Below the pieces are notes generated by a model. It did no database searches, was not told the DNA's origin, and was given only the letters and a program-made list of their open reading frames with translations. This document shows, piece after piece, positions 26,958-35,630 of a stretch of 64,000 bases of DNA. Numbering within the stretch: position 1 is the stretch's first letter; every line of letters starts with the position of its first letter. This DNA comes from Candidatus Poriferihabitaceae bacterium (lineage in GTDB: Bacteria > Pseudomonadota > Gammaproteobacteria > Arenicellales > Poriferihabitantaceae). Where the stretch lies: NCBI GenBank assembly GCA_965226545.1, contig OZ245364.1:1771890-1835889 (forward strand). The letters are read 5' to 3'. The translations under genes and the position numbers were made by a program.

Positions 26958-28976
26958 ATGTCTGATTTAGGTCCCGGCAGAAATGCGCCCGCCGATTATG
27001 TGGCAATATGCCGCAACATCGCTGACAGTTACCCTGAAGGTATTTCGCATGGGTTGCAAAAAGACGCCATCCAAAACTCTTTGGATGCGCGCAAAAGCAA
27101 AAAAGCCACCGTGCACGTTTATTTCCGCGTGGTAAAAACCCGTCGCGGAAACTTCCTTACTTTCACTGACAGCAATACGACCGGTCTCACCGGCGATGTC
27201 AAGAGCGACATTGAAGATTACAAGCGTCTGGGCGAAGATGACCATTGGGCAAGATTTGAAGCTTTTGCATTCACAAAAGCCGACCCTGACGCTTTGGGGG
27301 CAAGAGGACAAGGCAAATTCATTTTTCTTCGTGCATCAGAACAATATCGCATGTTCTACGACACATTGCGGGATGACGGTGTATACCGACTTGGCGCCAC
27401 CGAAGTAACCACAGTTGGCCGCGAGAACTTCCCGTCTGGCGAAAAATGGGAAGATGCAACCGCAAAAGCGCGACTGCAGGAACACTGCGGATTAGACCCG
27501 CTGAGCGAAGTCGGCACTCGAATTATTGTCTGCGACCCCATCGAGGAAGTGTTGGAAGCGATTCGCAATGGCGAATTTGCTGGTGCCATTCAGGAAACTT
27601 GGTTTCGCGCGATTGAGAAAAAACAATTGAAGGTGTGGATTGACGCGTTTGACAAACGCGAGTCTGTTAATATTCCGGACATTCATCCGTTACCGAACAA
27701 AGATTCTGGTAACAACAAGACGTGGGTATTCCAAAAAGATTTTAATGATCCTGTTGTTACTGGCGACTTCAGAATTAAAAATTTTCACGCCGCATACCTT
27801 CCGGAATCTGACATTCCGGAAGCACTGCAAGGCATCGCAATTTTACAAGGCGGCATGAAAATCACCTCGCGCAATATTGATATGGCACCGCGAGATGTTA
27901 AGGAAAAAATCACCGGTTTTATCGAGTTTGACCGGGAACTGGACCAAGAGTTGCGAAAAGGCAACAACCAAAACCCCAACCACTACGATTTAAACTGGCG
28001 TCGTAGCACACCATCCGCCATCAAGAGTTTTATCGGGCGCCAATTACAAGATTTTGGACACAAAAAACTGGGAATTGGCGAAGACCGTCGAGCGCGGCAA
28101 AAGCGCACTCGAGATAACGCTGAGCAAGAAGCGATGAATATGTTGATGCGCTATGCGCCCGACTTGTCGCTCGCCGGCGGCAAAGTACGCCCTGGTCCAA
28201 ACCCACCTCCGCCGTCGCCGCCCCCACCCCCGTCGCACAAAAAAATTGGCGTTGGCATGTCGGTGCAATTCCCGGACGAAGCGAAAAAACCTCGCGTCGA
28301 CTGGGGGGATGAAATCCGGGTCACGGCGTCCTGTTTCAACAAAACAACGGCGGGCATTGCCGGCAAATTTGCTTTGCAAGTTTTACATGCCGACACGCCC
28401 ATCGAAAAATTGACCGAGGATGTAAATATTGATTTGCCCTCGGGCAGCACCGGCGCGCGCATTGTGCAAATTAACAACAACGAGGCTTTTGTCATAAATC
28501 TGGATAAAGCCCGATACAAAAATGCCGGTGAATACCGCATCCACGCGACATTGATAAACAGCGATAGTGGCGACAAAGTGGATACAGCCCGCCGAAAATT
28601 CTGGCTGGCGGAAGACCCGCCGCGTCGTTTGCCATTTGAACTAATCGCAACGTCGCTCGACGATAACCACGCTCGTTGGATTCCGAACGGGAGCGTTAAC
28701 GACTCCCCGGAAATTAGGTACAACACCAATCACCCGCATTACGAATCCTGCCAGGATGATGAGCAGAAGCATGCGGATTATTTGTTTAACATTTGCCTGG
28801 AAGGTGCATTGCATTTTATAATCACTCGTCCGCTTGGCGAAGACGAGAAGCCGGATTACACTCCGCTGGATACAACCGCAATTGTCGACGCCGACCCTCT
28901 CAACTTGCCGGGCATACTGTACGAAGAAATCAGCCTTTACTTCGCAAAAGTCCGATGGCGCATTCATGAGGATTGA
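26958..28976 (+). CDS. GHKL (Hsp90/MutL/MORC-like) ATPase-domain protein with a poly-proline linker and a beta-rich C-terminal region
   Basis: N-box-like LQKDAIQNSLDA, G1-like FTDSNTTGLTG, G2-like GARGQGKF, linker PGPNPPPPSPPPPPS. Visibly lower GC than the flanks. Confidence 0.65.
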   Translation: MSDLGPGRNAPADYVAICRNIADSYPEGISHGLQKDAIQNSLDARKSKKATVHVYFRVVKTRRGNFLTFTDSNTTGLTGDVKSDIEDYKRLGEDDHWARFEAFAFTKADPDALGARGQGKFIFLRASEQYRMFYDTLRDDGVYRLGATEVTTVGRENFPSGEKWEDATAKARLQEHCGLDPLSEVGTRIIVCDPIEEVLEAIRNGEFAGAIQETWFRAIEKKQLKVWIDAFDKRESVNIPDIHPLPNKDSGNNKTWVFQKDFNDPVVTGDFRIKNFHAAYLPESDIPEALQGIAILQGGMKITSRNIDMAPRDVKEKITGFIEFDRELDQELRKGNNQNPNHYDLNWRRSTPSAIKSFIGRQLQDFGHKKLGIGEDRRARQKRTRDNAEQEAMNMLMRYAPDLSLAGGKVRPGPNPPPPSPPPPPSHKKIGVGMSVQFPDEAKKPRVDWGDEIRVTASCFNKTTAGIAGKFALQVLHADTPIEKLTEDVNIDLPSGSTGARIVQINNNEAFVINLDKARYKNAGEYRIHATLINSDSGDKVDTARRKFWLAEDPPRRLPFELIATSLDDNHARWIPNGSVNDSPEIRYNTNHPHYESCQDDEQKHADYLFNICLEGALHFIITRPLGEDEKPDYTPLDTTAIVDADPLNLPGILYEEISLYFAKVRWRIHED

Positions 28977-28978
28977 AC

Positions 28979-29650
28979 ATGTCAGTTTTATTGCGTGAAA
29001 ATGCAACCATACGGGGCGAGCAAAAGGAAATCAAAGTTTTCCGCCCGTCCGGTTCTTTATCCCGGGAAAGCCGGGAACGCGCCGAACAACTTGATGTTTT
29101 TTTGGCGCGTGAAGTGCCGATTATGGCGGGGCGCGTAATGGACGTTCCGAAAAACAACACGCTCAAAAAATGGTACCGGTTTGGTCGGGAACTGCGCAAG
29201 ATTTTGGACAACAACAATCTTGTGTCTCGTTACGACCTGGAAAACGGTTTAATTTGGGCGGCTATCAAACAACATTTGCCGAAATCTATCGGCATCAAGG
29301 GAGCGGGGGAAGTGCAGGATGCAAAAACAAAACTTGGAGGGCACCGCGGGCACCTTGCAGAATGCTACGCAATTGCCGAACATGCTTGGGAAGATATCGA
29401 GTGGTTAAAACGCTGGACCGATTGGACAGAGTTTCACAACAGAGAAAGCATGTGCCGAGATAAGCGCGTACTTAAATTACTGCGCGAGGAAATTGCAAAA
29501 ATGAGTCCATACCCGAACCGTGATGTTTTTAGAGACATCATAAAACTGCTTTCGGCGCAAACCACCGGGAAAGACATCGCGGTGCTTGACGATTCCGTAA
29601 TCACGGAAAAGGTCCGTCAAGTTTTTAAGCAAATCAACCTTTCCGCTTAA
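28979..29650 (+). CDS. hypothetical 223-aa helical protein, tightly coupled partner of the GHKL ATPase
   Basis: The ATG lies 3 nt after the GHKL stop, with a GAGGA SD inside the upstream gene's 3' end (a TTG at 28973 would overlap by 4 nt). I recognise no domain. Confidence 0.6.
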   Translation: MSVLLRENATIRGEQKEIKVFRPSGSLSRESRERAEQLDVFLAREVPIMAGRVMDVPKNNTLKKWYRFGRELRKILDNNNLVSRYDLENGLIWAAIKQHLPKSIGIKGAGEVQDAKTKLGGHRGHLAECYAIAEHAWEDIEWLKRWTDWTEFHNRESMCRDKRVLKLLREEIAKMSPYPNRDVFRDIIKLLSAQTTGKDIAVLDDSVITEKVRQVFKQINLSA

Positions 29651-29739
29651 TGGACGGTAAAATAAAACAAATCAATAAATGCCAATTATCGATAAAAAAC
29701 ACACTCAAAACACAGACAACTTTCCCGACCATCCAACCC

Positions 29740-30411
29740 ATGCCAACCGAAAACTACGCCCTCTATCTCCTGGTCGCCGTCGGCTACATCGCATCGCCCG
29801 GGCCGGCGGTGTTTTTTGCCATCAACGGCGGCGCGACCATCGGCATTGGCAACACCGCCGTTGTTTTGTTCGGCAATACGATTGGCTTGGGGGCGTTGGC
29901 GTTAATCTCCGCGCTTGGCGTTGGGGCGGTGATACTCAACTCGGATGTGTTAACAAGCGTCATTAAAATCGCCGGCGCGCTGTGGTTGATTTACATGGGC
30001 GCAAAAATGATTTTGGCGAAGCCGTCCAACCCGCCGACCGTCAACACCGTCGCCCGCGCCAAGCCGGGTTGGGACAACAAACTGGTCGGGTTTTGCGAAG
30101 GGTTTTTGTTGGCGATTACCAACCCCAAACCCATCATCTTTTTCGTTTCCATTTACCCGCAATTCGTCGCGCCCAACACAAGTGCGATTCAACAGTTAAC
30201 CGCACTCGGCGTAACTTTCATGTGCCTGTCCTTTGTCGTGCTTAATGGCTATTCGATTTTTTCCAAACTAACCATCGGCCGCATCGCCAACCCGCGCACC
30301 GCGCGAATCATCAACTGGATTTTCGGAATCACATTTGTGGCGTTGGCGTTTTTTCTCATCCGCCAAATTCCCGTTATCGACCGTATTGCAGGGTATACTG
30401 CGCGTCCGTGA
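29740..30411 (+). CDS. LysE/RhtB-family translocator (small-molecule exporter)
   Basis: MPTENYALYLLVAVGYIASPGPAVFFAINGG.. and a 6-TM pattern of about 220 aa. The start is moved to the ATG at 29740. Confidence 0.75.
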   Translation: MPTENYALYLLVAVGYIASPGPAVFFAINGGATIGIGNTAVVLFGNTIGLGALALISALGVGAVILNSDVLTSVIKIAGALWLIYMGAKMILAKPSNPPTVNTVARAKPGWDNKLVGFCEGFLLAITNPKPIIFFVSIYPQFVAPNTSAIQQLTALGVTFMCLSFVVLNGYSIFSKLTIGRIANPRTARIINWIFGITFVALAFFLIRQIPVIDRIAGYTARP

Positions 30412-30487
30412 CCACCACTTTTTTATTTTTTAAGCGGTTTTGCGTTAAGATTGATGATGTTTTTAACCAAACTTAAGAGATTATGAA

Positions 30488-31735
30488 ATGAAAATTCAAC
30501 AATTTATTAACGAACGACACAAATACAAAGTCGATAAAACCTACCAACGACCGGAAGGCGTTTGGTCGCGCGCGGACAAGCAATGTTTGATTGACACCAT
30601 TCTCCGTGCGGAACCGATTCCTATATTTTTCCTGAATCACATTTCACGGGAAGATTTTTATTACATTGTCGATGGACAACAACGGTTGCATGCAATCCAA
30701 CAGTTCCATGACAATAAATTTACACTTGACGAAAAGTTTTCGTTGTCGAAAGACCACGGAAAAAATTTTAACGGCAACAACCCAATTTCTGATGAGCAGC
30801 GTGAGCAGTTTCTGGAGTACAAACTTAACTTCAAAATGCTCAAGGATTATGATGACGAACGCATAAGAATGATTTTTTCGCGCCTACAACGCGGAAAACC
30901 GCTTCAATTAGGCGAAAGATTAAATGCTAAACCCGGCAATATTGTGTTGCGCATGCGAGAAATCGCCGAGCATCCATTTATGCGCGAATCGATTGGGGTA
31001 CCCAAAAAACGTTACGGCAATTATCCGGACGCAGCGCGCATATTGTTTTACGAAAAATTCGGCGCCAAGCACATGGGGGCGGAAGAAATCAACAACTTTT
31101 TCGACACATACCGCGATATGGATAGAAACGACAAAGATTACAAATCTGTTGTCCGCGTCCTAAATTACCTTGCCCGGTGTTTCCCGTCGGAGCCGGGAGA
31201 TTACGCGTATTTAAGCAAGCACGCGTGGGTATTGGCGGCATATGGCATGGCGCGTAACTTGCTGTTGCGATATTCGACCGCCAACATTGAAAACAAAATC
31301 CAAGGTTTTGTTCGTTCGTTTCACAGCAAAGTCTATTCTGAGGATTGGCGCGGTTCCAACCCGGAAATCCAAAAATTTTACGAAAATGTTCGCGGCGGCT
31401 GGTCGGAAAAAATCATCAGCCTGCGAGCCGACATCCTGTTAAAACATTGCTTGGAGAAAATCAAACCCAACGCATTGAGCGATACTCGGCAAATTACCGA
31501 TGAAGAAAAGGCGCGCATATACGGCGAGCGAGGAGAGTGCTGCGAACGTTGCAGCACGCAGTTTAATGACCACAGGGAGCCGGAGTATCACCACATCAAA
31601 CGATATGTCGACGGTGGCGAAAGCCACATCGACAATATTGAAATGCTTTGCCGCGAATGCCATAAAAAAGTGCATGGCAAGAGCGACATTACTGAAACCG
31701 TGTCGATGCAAGACGAACCCGACGATGTAGAATAG
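30488..31735 (+). CDS. DUF262 (ParB/GmrSD N-terminal-like) protein fused to a C-terminal HNH nuclease; type IV restriction-like
   Basis: The N-terminus has YQRPEGVWSRADKQCLIDTIL....PIP.IF and the IVDGQQRLHAI (DGQQR) motif. The C-terminus has CERCSTQF...EYHHIKRYVDGGESHIDNIEMLCRECHKKVH. The gene is AT-rich. Confidence 0.8.
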   Translation: MKIQQFINERHKYKVDKTYQRPEGVWSRADKQCLIDTILRAEPIPIFFLNHISREDFYYIVDGQQRLHAIQQFHDNKFTLDEKFSLSKDHGKNFNGNNPISDEQREQFLEYKLNFKMLKDYDDERIRMIFSRLQRGKPLQLGERLNAKPGNIVLRMREIAEHPFMRESIGVPKKRYGNYPDAARILFYEKFGAKHMGAEEINNFFDTYRDMDRNDKDYKSVVRVLNYLARCFPSEPGDYAYLSKHAWVLAAYGMARNLLLRYSTANIENKIQGFVRSFHSKVYSEDWRGSNPEIQKFYENVRGGWSEKIISLRADILLKHCLEKIKPNALSDTRQITDEEKARIYGERGECCERCSTQFNDHREPEYHHIKRYVDGGESHIDNIEMLCRECHKKVHGKSDITETVSMQDEPDDVE

Positions 31736-31768
31736 CGACGCCACAAACACCACACAGGTAAACCAAAC

Positions 31769-33070
31769 ATGCACCATTTAAAACAAGCCGCCAAAACCCC
31801 CACCACCGGCGAAGGCGACACACTCGACACCGTGCGCACGATGTTGCGCGAGATTGAAGCCGAAGGCGAGGCGCGGGTGCGGCGGTATGCGCGCGAGTTG
31901 GATGGTTGGGAGGGGGAAATTGTCGTTGGGCGCGAGGCGATTGATGCGGCGGCGGCGGCGTTGGATTCGCGCACGCGGCGGGATATTGCGTTTGCGCATG
32001 CGCGGGTTAAAAAATTCGCCGAGGCGCAACTCGACAGTATGCGCGAATTCGAAATCGAATTGTCGCCGGGCTTGATGGCCGGGCAACGATTGGTGCCGGT
32101 CGCCACCGCCGGTTGTTATGTGCCGGGCGGGCGGTATGCGCACATCGCTTCGGCGATTATGAGCGTGACCACCGCGCGCGTCGCCGGCGTGCCCAATGTC
32201 ATCGCCTGTTCGCCGGCGCATCGCGAGCGCGGCGTTCATCCGGCGATTTTATACGCCGCCGATTTGGCCGGCGCCGACACCATACTCGCCTTGGGCGGCG
32301 TGCAGGGCGTCGCCGCGCTTGCCTTCGGGCATTTCACCGGGCATGCGGCCGATATTTTGGTCGGGCCCGGCAATCGTTTTGTCGCCGAAGCCAAGCGCAT
32401 TTTATTCGGGCGAGTCGGCATCGATTTATTTGCCGGGCCGACCGAGATTTTGGTCATTGCCGATGAATCCGCAGACGCCGAATTGGTCGCATCGGATTTG
32501 GTCGGGCAAGCCGAACACGGTTTGGATTCGCCGGCGTGGTTGGTCACCACTTCGCGCGCGCTTGGCGAACGCGTGTTGGAATTGATGCCGAAATACATCG
32601 ATCGCCTGCCGCAACCAAATCGCGACACCGCGCATTGCGCGTGGCGCGATTACGGCGAAGTGGTCGTCGTCGATTCGCGCGAGGCGGCGGTTGCAGTCAG
32701 CGACGATTACGCGCCCGAACATCTCGAAGTGCATGCCGATGAGTTGGAGTGGTGGCGGCAACATCTGCGCAACTACGGCTCATTGTTTTTGGGCGAACAA
32801 ACCACCGTCGCCTACGGCGATAAATGCAGCGGCACAAATCACATCCTGCCGACCAAACGCGCGGCGCGTTACACCGGCGGCTTGAGCGTCGCCAAGTTTA
32901 TTAAGGTGCTGACTTGGCAACGCATGACCGCCGAAGCCAACCGCGAAGTCGGCGCCGTCACCGCGCGCATCTCGCGCTCCGAAGGCATGCATGGTCACGC
33001 CTTAACCGGCGACGACCGACTCGGCAAATACTTCCCCGGCGAACATTTCGAATTGGGCGGCGACGATTAA
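31769..33070 (+). CDS. histidinol-dehydrogenase-family enzyme; candidate sulfopropanediol 3-dehydrogenase (HpsN-like)
   Basis: HisD-family pattern: GCYVPGGRYAHIASAIM, LGGVQGVAALAFG, GPGNRFVAEAKR, QAEHGLDS, APEHLEV. No other his genes lie nearby; the neighbours are sulfonate genes. Confidence 0.75.
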   Translation: MHHLKQAAKTPTTGEGDTLDTVRTMLREIEAEGEARVRRYARELDGWEGEIVVGREAIDAAAAALDSRTRRDIAFAHARVKKFAEAQLDSMREFEIELSPGLMAGQRLVPVATAGCYVPGGRYAHIASAIMSVTTARVAGVPNVIACSPAHRERGVHPAILYAADLAGADTILALGGVQGVAALAFGHFTGHAADILVGPGNRFVAEAKRILFGRVGIDLFAGPTEILVIADESADAELVASDLVGQAEHGLDSPAWLVTTSRALGERVLELMPKYIDRLPQPNRDTAHCAWRDYGEVVVVDSREAAVAVSDDYAPEHLEVHADELEWWRQHLRNYGSLFLGEQTTVAYGDKCSGTNHILPTKRAARYTGGLSVAKFIKVLTWQRMTAEANREVGAVTARISRSEGMHGHALTGDDRLGKYFPGEHFELGGDD

Positions 33071-33167
33071 TCGATGATGTTGATGTTGGCGTTAACGTTG
33101 ACCGCGACGTCGACATTAACGTCGACCTTAACTTCGACATCGACCTCATCCGCTTCGAACTTAATCC
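33071..33167. repeat. hexamer-phased GTYGAY/GTTAAC degenerate repeat spacer
   Basis: gatgatgttgatgttggcgttaacgttgaccgcgacgtcgacattaacgtcgaccttaacttcgacatcgacc. Confidence 0.8.
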
Positions 33168-33189
33168 CGCCTCGCATCGACACCATCGA

Positions 33190-33984
33190 ATGAACACCGC
33201 CGCCGAATTGCAAACAACGCGCGCGCGCGAATTGTTTTCGTTGGATGAAAAACACGCGCTGATTAGCGGCGGCGGCAGCGGCATCGGGCAAACGATTGGC
33301 GAAGCCTTGGCAAGCGCCGGCGCGCGCGTCACCTTAATCGGCAGACGCGCCGATGCACTTAGAAAAAGCGCCGCGCGAATTCACCAACAAGGCGGACGCG
33401 CCGAAATATACGCATGCGATTTAACCGAATTGGCGCGCATGGAAGAACACGTCGCCGCCATCACCGCACAACATCAATCGCCGGATATTTTGGTCAACGC
33501 CGCCGGCTGGCGCAAACGCGAATCTGCAAGCGACACTTCGGTTGACGCTTGGCAACGCACCTTGGACACCAACTTGTCCGCGCCGTTTTTTTTGGCGCGC
33601 GCGTGTGCGCCGGCGATGTGCGCGCGCGGCTGGGGGCGCATCGTCAACATCGCCTCGCTGCAATCCAAACTCGCCTTCGCCGGCGGCATCGCCTACGGCG
33701 CCTCCAAAGGCGGCGTCGCGCAATTGACTCGCGCGATGGCGATTGAATGGTCGGCGCACGGCGTCACCGCCAATGCAATTGCCCCGGGCTTTTTCCCCAC
33801 CGCATTAACCGCGCCGCTGTTTGCCGACGACGACACCGCCGCCGCCCTGGCCGCGCGCACCGCAATTGGTCGCAACGGCCAACTCACCGACTTGGTCGGC
33901 GCGGCGATTTTTTTATGCGCACCAGCCAGCGATTACATCACCGGACAAGTACTGTATATTGACGGCGGCTTTACCGCGAAATAG
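33190..33984 (+). CDS. short-chain dehydrogenase/reductase (SDR); candidate DHPS dehydrogenase (HpsO-like)
   Basis: ALISGGGSGIGQTIGEALA (TGxxxGxG) and YGASKGGVAQLTRAMA (YxxxK). The start is set at the ATG at 33190; the upstream part of the track ORF runs through the repeat spacer. Confidence 0.8.
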   Translation: MNTAAELQTTRARELFSLDEKHALISGGGSGIGQTIGEALASAGARVTLIGRRADALRKSAARIHQQGGRAEIYACDLTELARMEEHVAAITAQHQSPDILVNAAGWRKRESASDTSVDAWQRTLDTNLSAPFFLARACAPAMCARGWGRIVNIASLQSKLAFAGGIAYGASKGGVAQLTRAMAIEWSAHGVTANAIAPGFFPTALTAPLFADDDTAAALAARTAIGRNGQLTDLVGAAIFLCAPASDYITGQVLYIDGGFTAK

Positions 33985-34219
33985 TTGCGGGTTAAGTTTG
34001 AAGTTAAAGTTAAAGTTAAAGTTAAAATGAAATTGTGACAAACTTAAAACGAAGTTGAAATTAAGTCAAAACAAAATTAAAGTTAACTTAAGTTAAAGTG
34101 GAACAATTGTTTTACTTTTTGTTTTATTTATTTATTATTAACTTTACTTTTAACTTTAACTTGCGTTAACGGTTAAAGTTAAAGCACACCAACGACAACC
34201 CATAGAGTAACTTCATCCA

Positions 34220-35209
34220 ATGAAAGCCCTCGTTTACACCGCCAACCGCGAAATGACTTGGCGTGATGAACCGCCGCCGCAAGCGTCAAACGATGATGCA
34301 TTGGTGGCAATCGATTCGGTCGGCATTTGCGGCTCGGATATGCACGCTTATTTGGGACATGACCCGCGCCGCGTACCGCCGTTGATTCTTGGGCATGAAG
34401 CGGTCGGCACATTGGTCGATGGCGAAAACGCCGGGATGCGCGTCGTGCTCAATCCGTTAATCACCTGCGGCGAATGCGCCGAGTGCATGAACGGGCGACA
34501 AAATTTATGCGTCAAGCGCGACTTAATCGGCATGTATCGCCCCGGCGCTTTCGCCGAACAAATCGCCATCCCGCGCCGCAACTTAATCCCGGCGCCGAAT
34601 GATTTCGATGCGCACAAAGCCGCGCTGACCGAACCCGGCGCATGCGCCTTGCACGCCGTCAACCTCGCCGAAAAATCCCTGTCGCGCCCGATTAGCGAAT
34701 CACGCGCGCTGGTGTTGGGCGGCGGCTCGGTCGGTTTACTGTGCGCATTAATCCTCGCCGACAAAGGCGCCGCCGACATCCACCTCGCCGAAACCAACGC
34801 CCGCCGCCGCAAAACCATCAGCCAAACCGCCGCCCTGCGCGTCTTCGACCCAATCGAAAACGCCCCGCAACAAAACGATTACGACGTCATCTTCGACGCC
34901 GTCGGCGCCGCCCCAACCCGCGCCACCGCCATCACCTGCGCCCGCCCCGGCGCGGTCATCGTGCATATCGGCTTAATGGATTCACAAGGCGATATCGATG
35001 TCCGCAAAATAACCCTGCAGGAAATCACCTTCATCGGCTGCTACACCTACACGCCAATCGATTTACAAACCACCCTAACCAAACTCGCCGCCGGCGCCCT
35101 CGGCGATTTGGAATGGGCCGAACAACGCCCGATTAACGAAGGCGCACGGGCGTTTGCGGATTTGTTGGCTGGGGAATGTGCGGCGCCTAAGATTGTGTTG
35201 CGGGTGTGA
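34220..35209 (+). CDS. zinc-dependent medium-chain alcohol dehydrogenase; candidate DHPS dehydrogenase (HpsP-like)
   Basis: GICGSDMHAYLG, GHEAVG, the C..C..C zinc-site segment CGECAECMNGRQNLC, and VLGGGSVGLL (Rossmann fold). Confidence 0.8.
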   Translation: MKALVYTANREMTWRDEPPPQASNDDALVAIDSVGICGSDMHAYLGHDPRRVPPLILGHEAVGTLVDGENAGMRVVLNPLITCGECAECMNGRQNLCVKRDLIGMYRPGAFAEQIAIPRRNLIPAPNDFDAHKAALTEPGACALHAVNLAEKSLSRPISESRALVLGGGSVGLLCALILADKGAADIHLAETNARRRKTISQTAALRVFDPIENAPQQNDYDVIFDAVGAAPTRATAITCARPGAVIVHIGLMDSQGDIDVRKITLQEITFIGCYTYTPIDLQTTLTKLAAGALGDLEWAEQRPINEGARAFADLLAGECAAPKIVLRV

Positions 35210-35290
35210 TTGGTGTAAATGACCGCTGCTTTAAGCGGGGTCGCCACTGTGGATAAGCGCACTTCCGTAAACAAATTTCCGGAGTAAACA

Positions 35291-35560
35291 ATGTCTACCA
35301 TTTATCGACAACAAGAATTTGACGCCGAGTTGCGAAAAATGTTGTGCAAGGCAAACGCCAAAGGTCAACCGCGCGTTTGCATAGTCGCAAAAAAACTGCA
35401 CGACCGTGTTGTGAAAACGAACGAAAACCGTATGCGAATGGCATGCAAGGCGATGCGGAAACTTAAAGAACAACAAGGCATAGAAGCAAAAGTTATTTCC
35501 GAGCCGCCGAGCGGAGAAAGCACTACTCTGGAAATCGAATTCGACACCGCAACAATTTGA
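35291..35560 (+). CDS. hypothetical 89-aa basic protein
   Basis: A GGAG SD lies 8 nt upstream. The gene is AT-richer than its neighbours, and I recognise no domain. Confidence 0.4.
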   Translation: MSTIYRQQEFDAELRKMLCKANAKGQPRVCIVAKKLHDRVVKTNENRMRMACKAMRKLKEQQGIEAKVISEPPSGESTTLEIEFDTATI

Positions 35561-35599
35561 CCGATCAATCGGTCGATAACGTTTGCCTCTGCCAACAAC

Positions 35600-35630
35600 A
35601 TGAATCAAAACAATCGAAGTTTTGATTCAT
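35600..35630. terminator. perfect 12-bp stem hairpin between convergent genes (possible bidirectional terminator)
   Basis: ATGAATCAAAAC-aatcgaa-GTTTTGATTCAT. There is no strong U-tract on either side. Confidence 0.4.
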
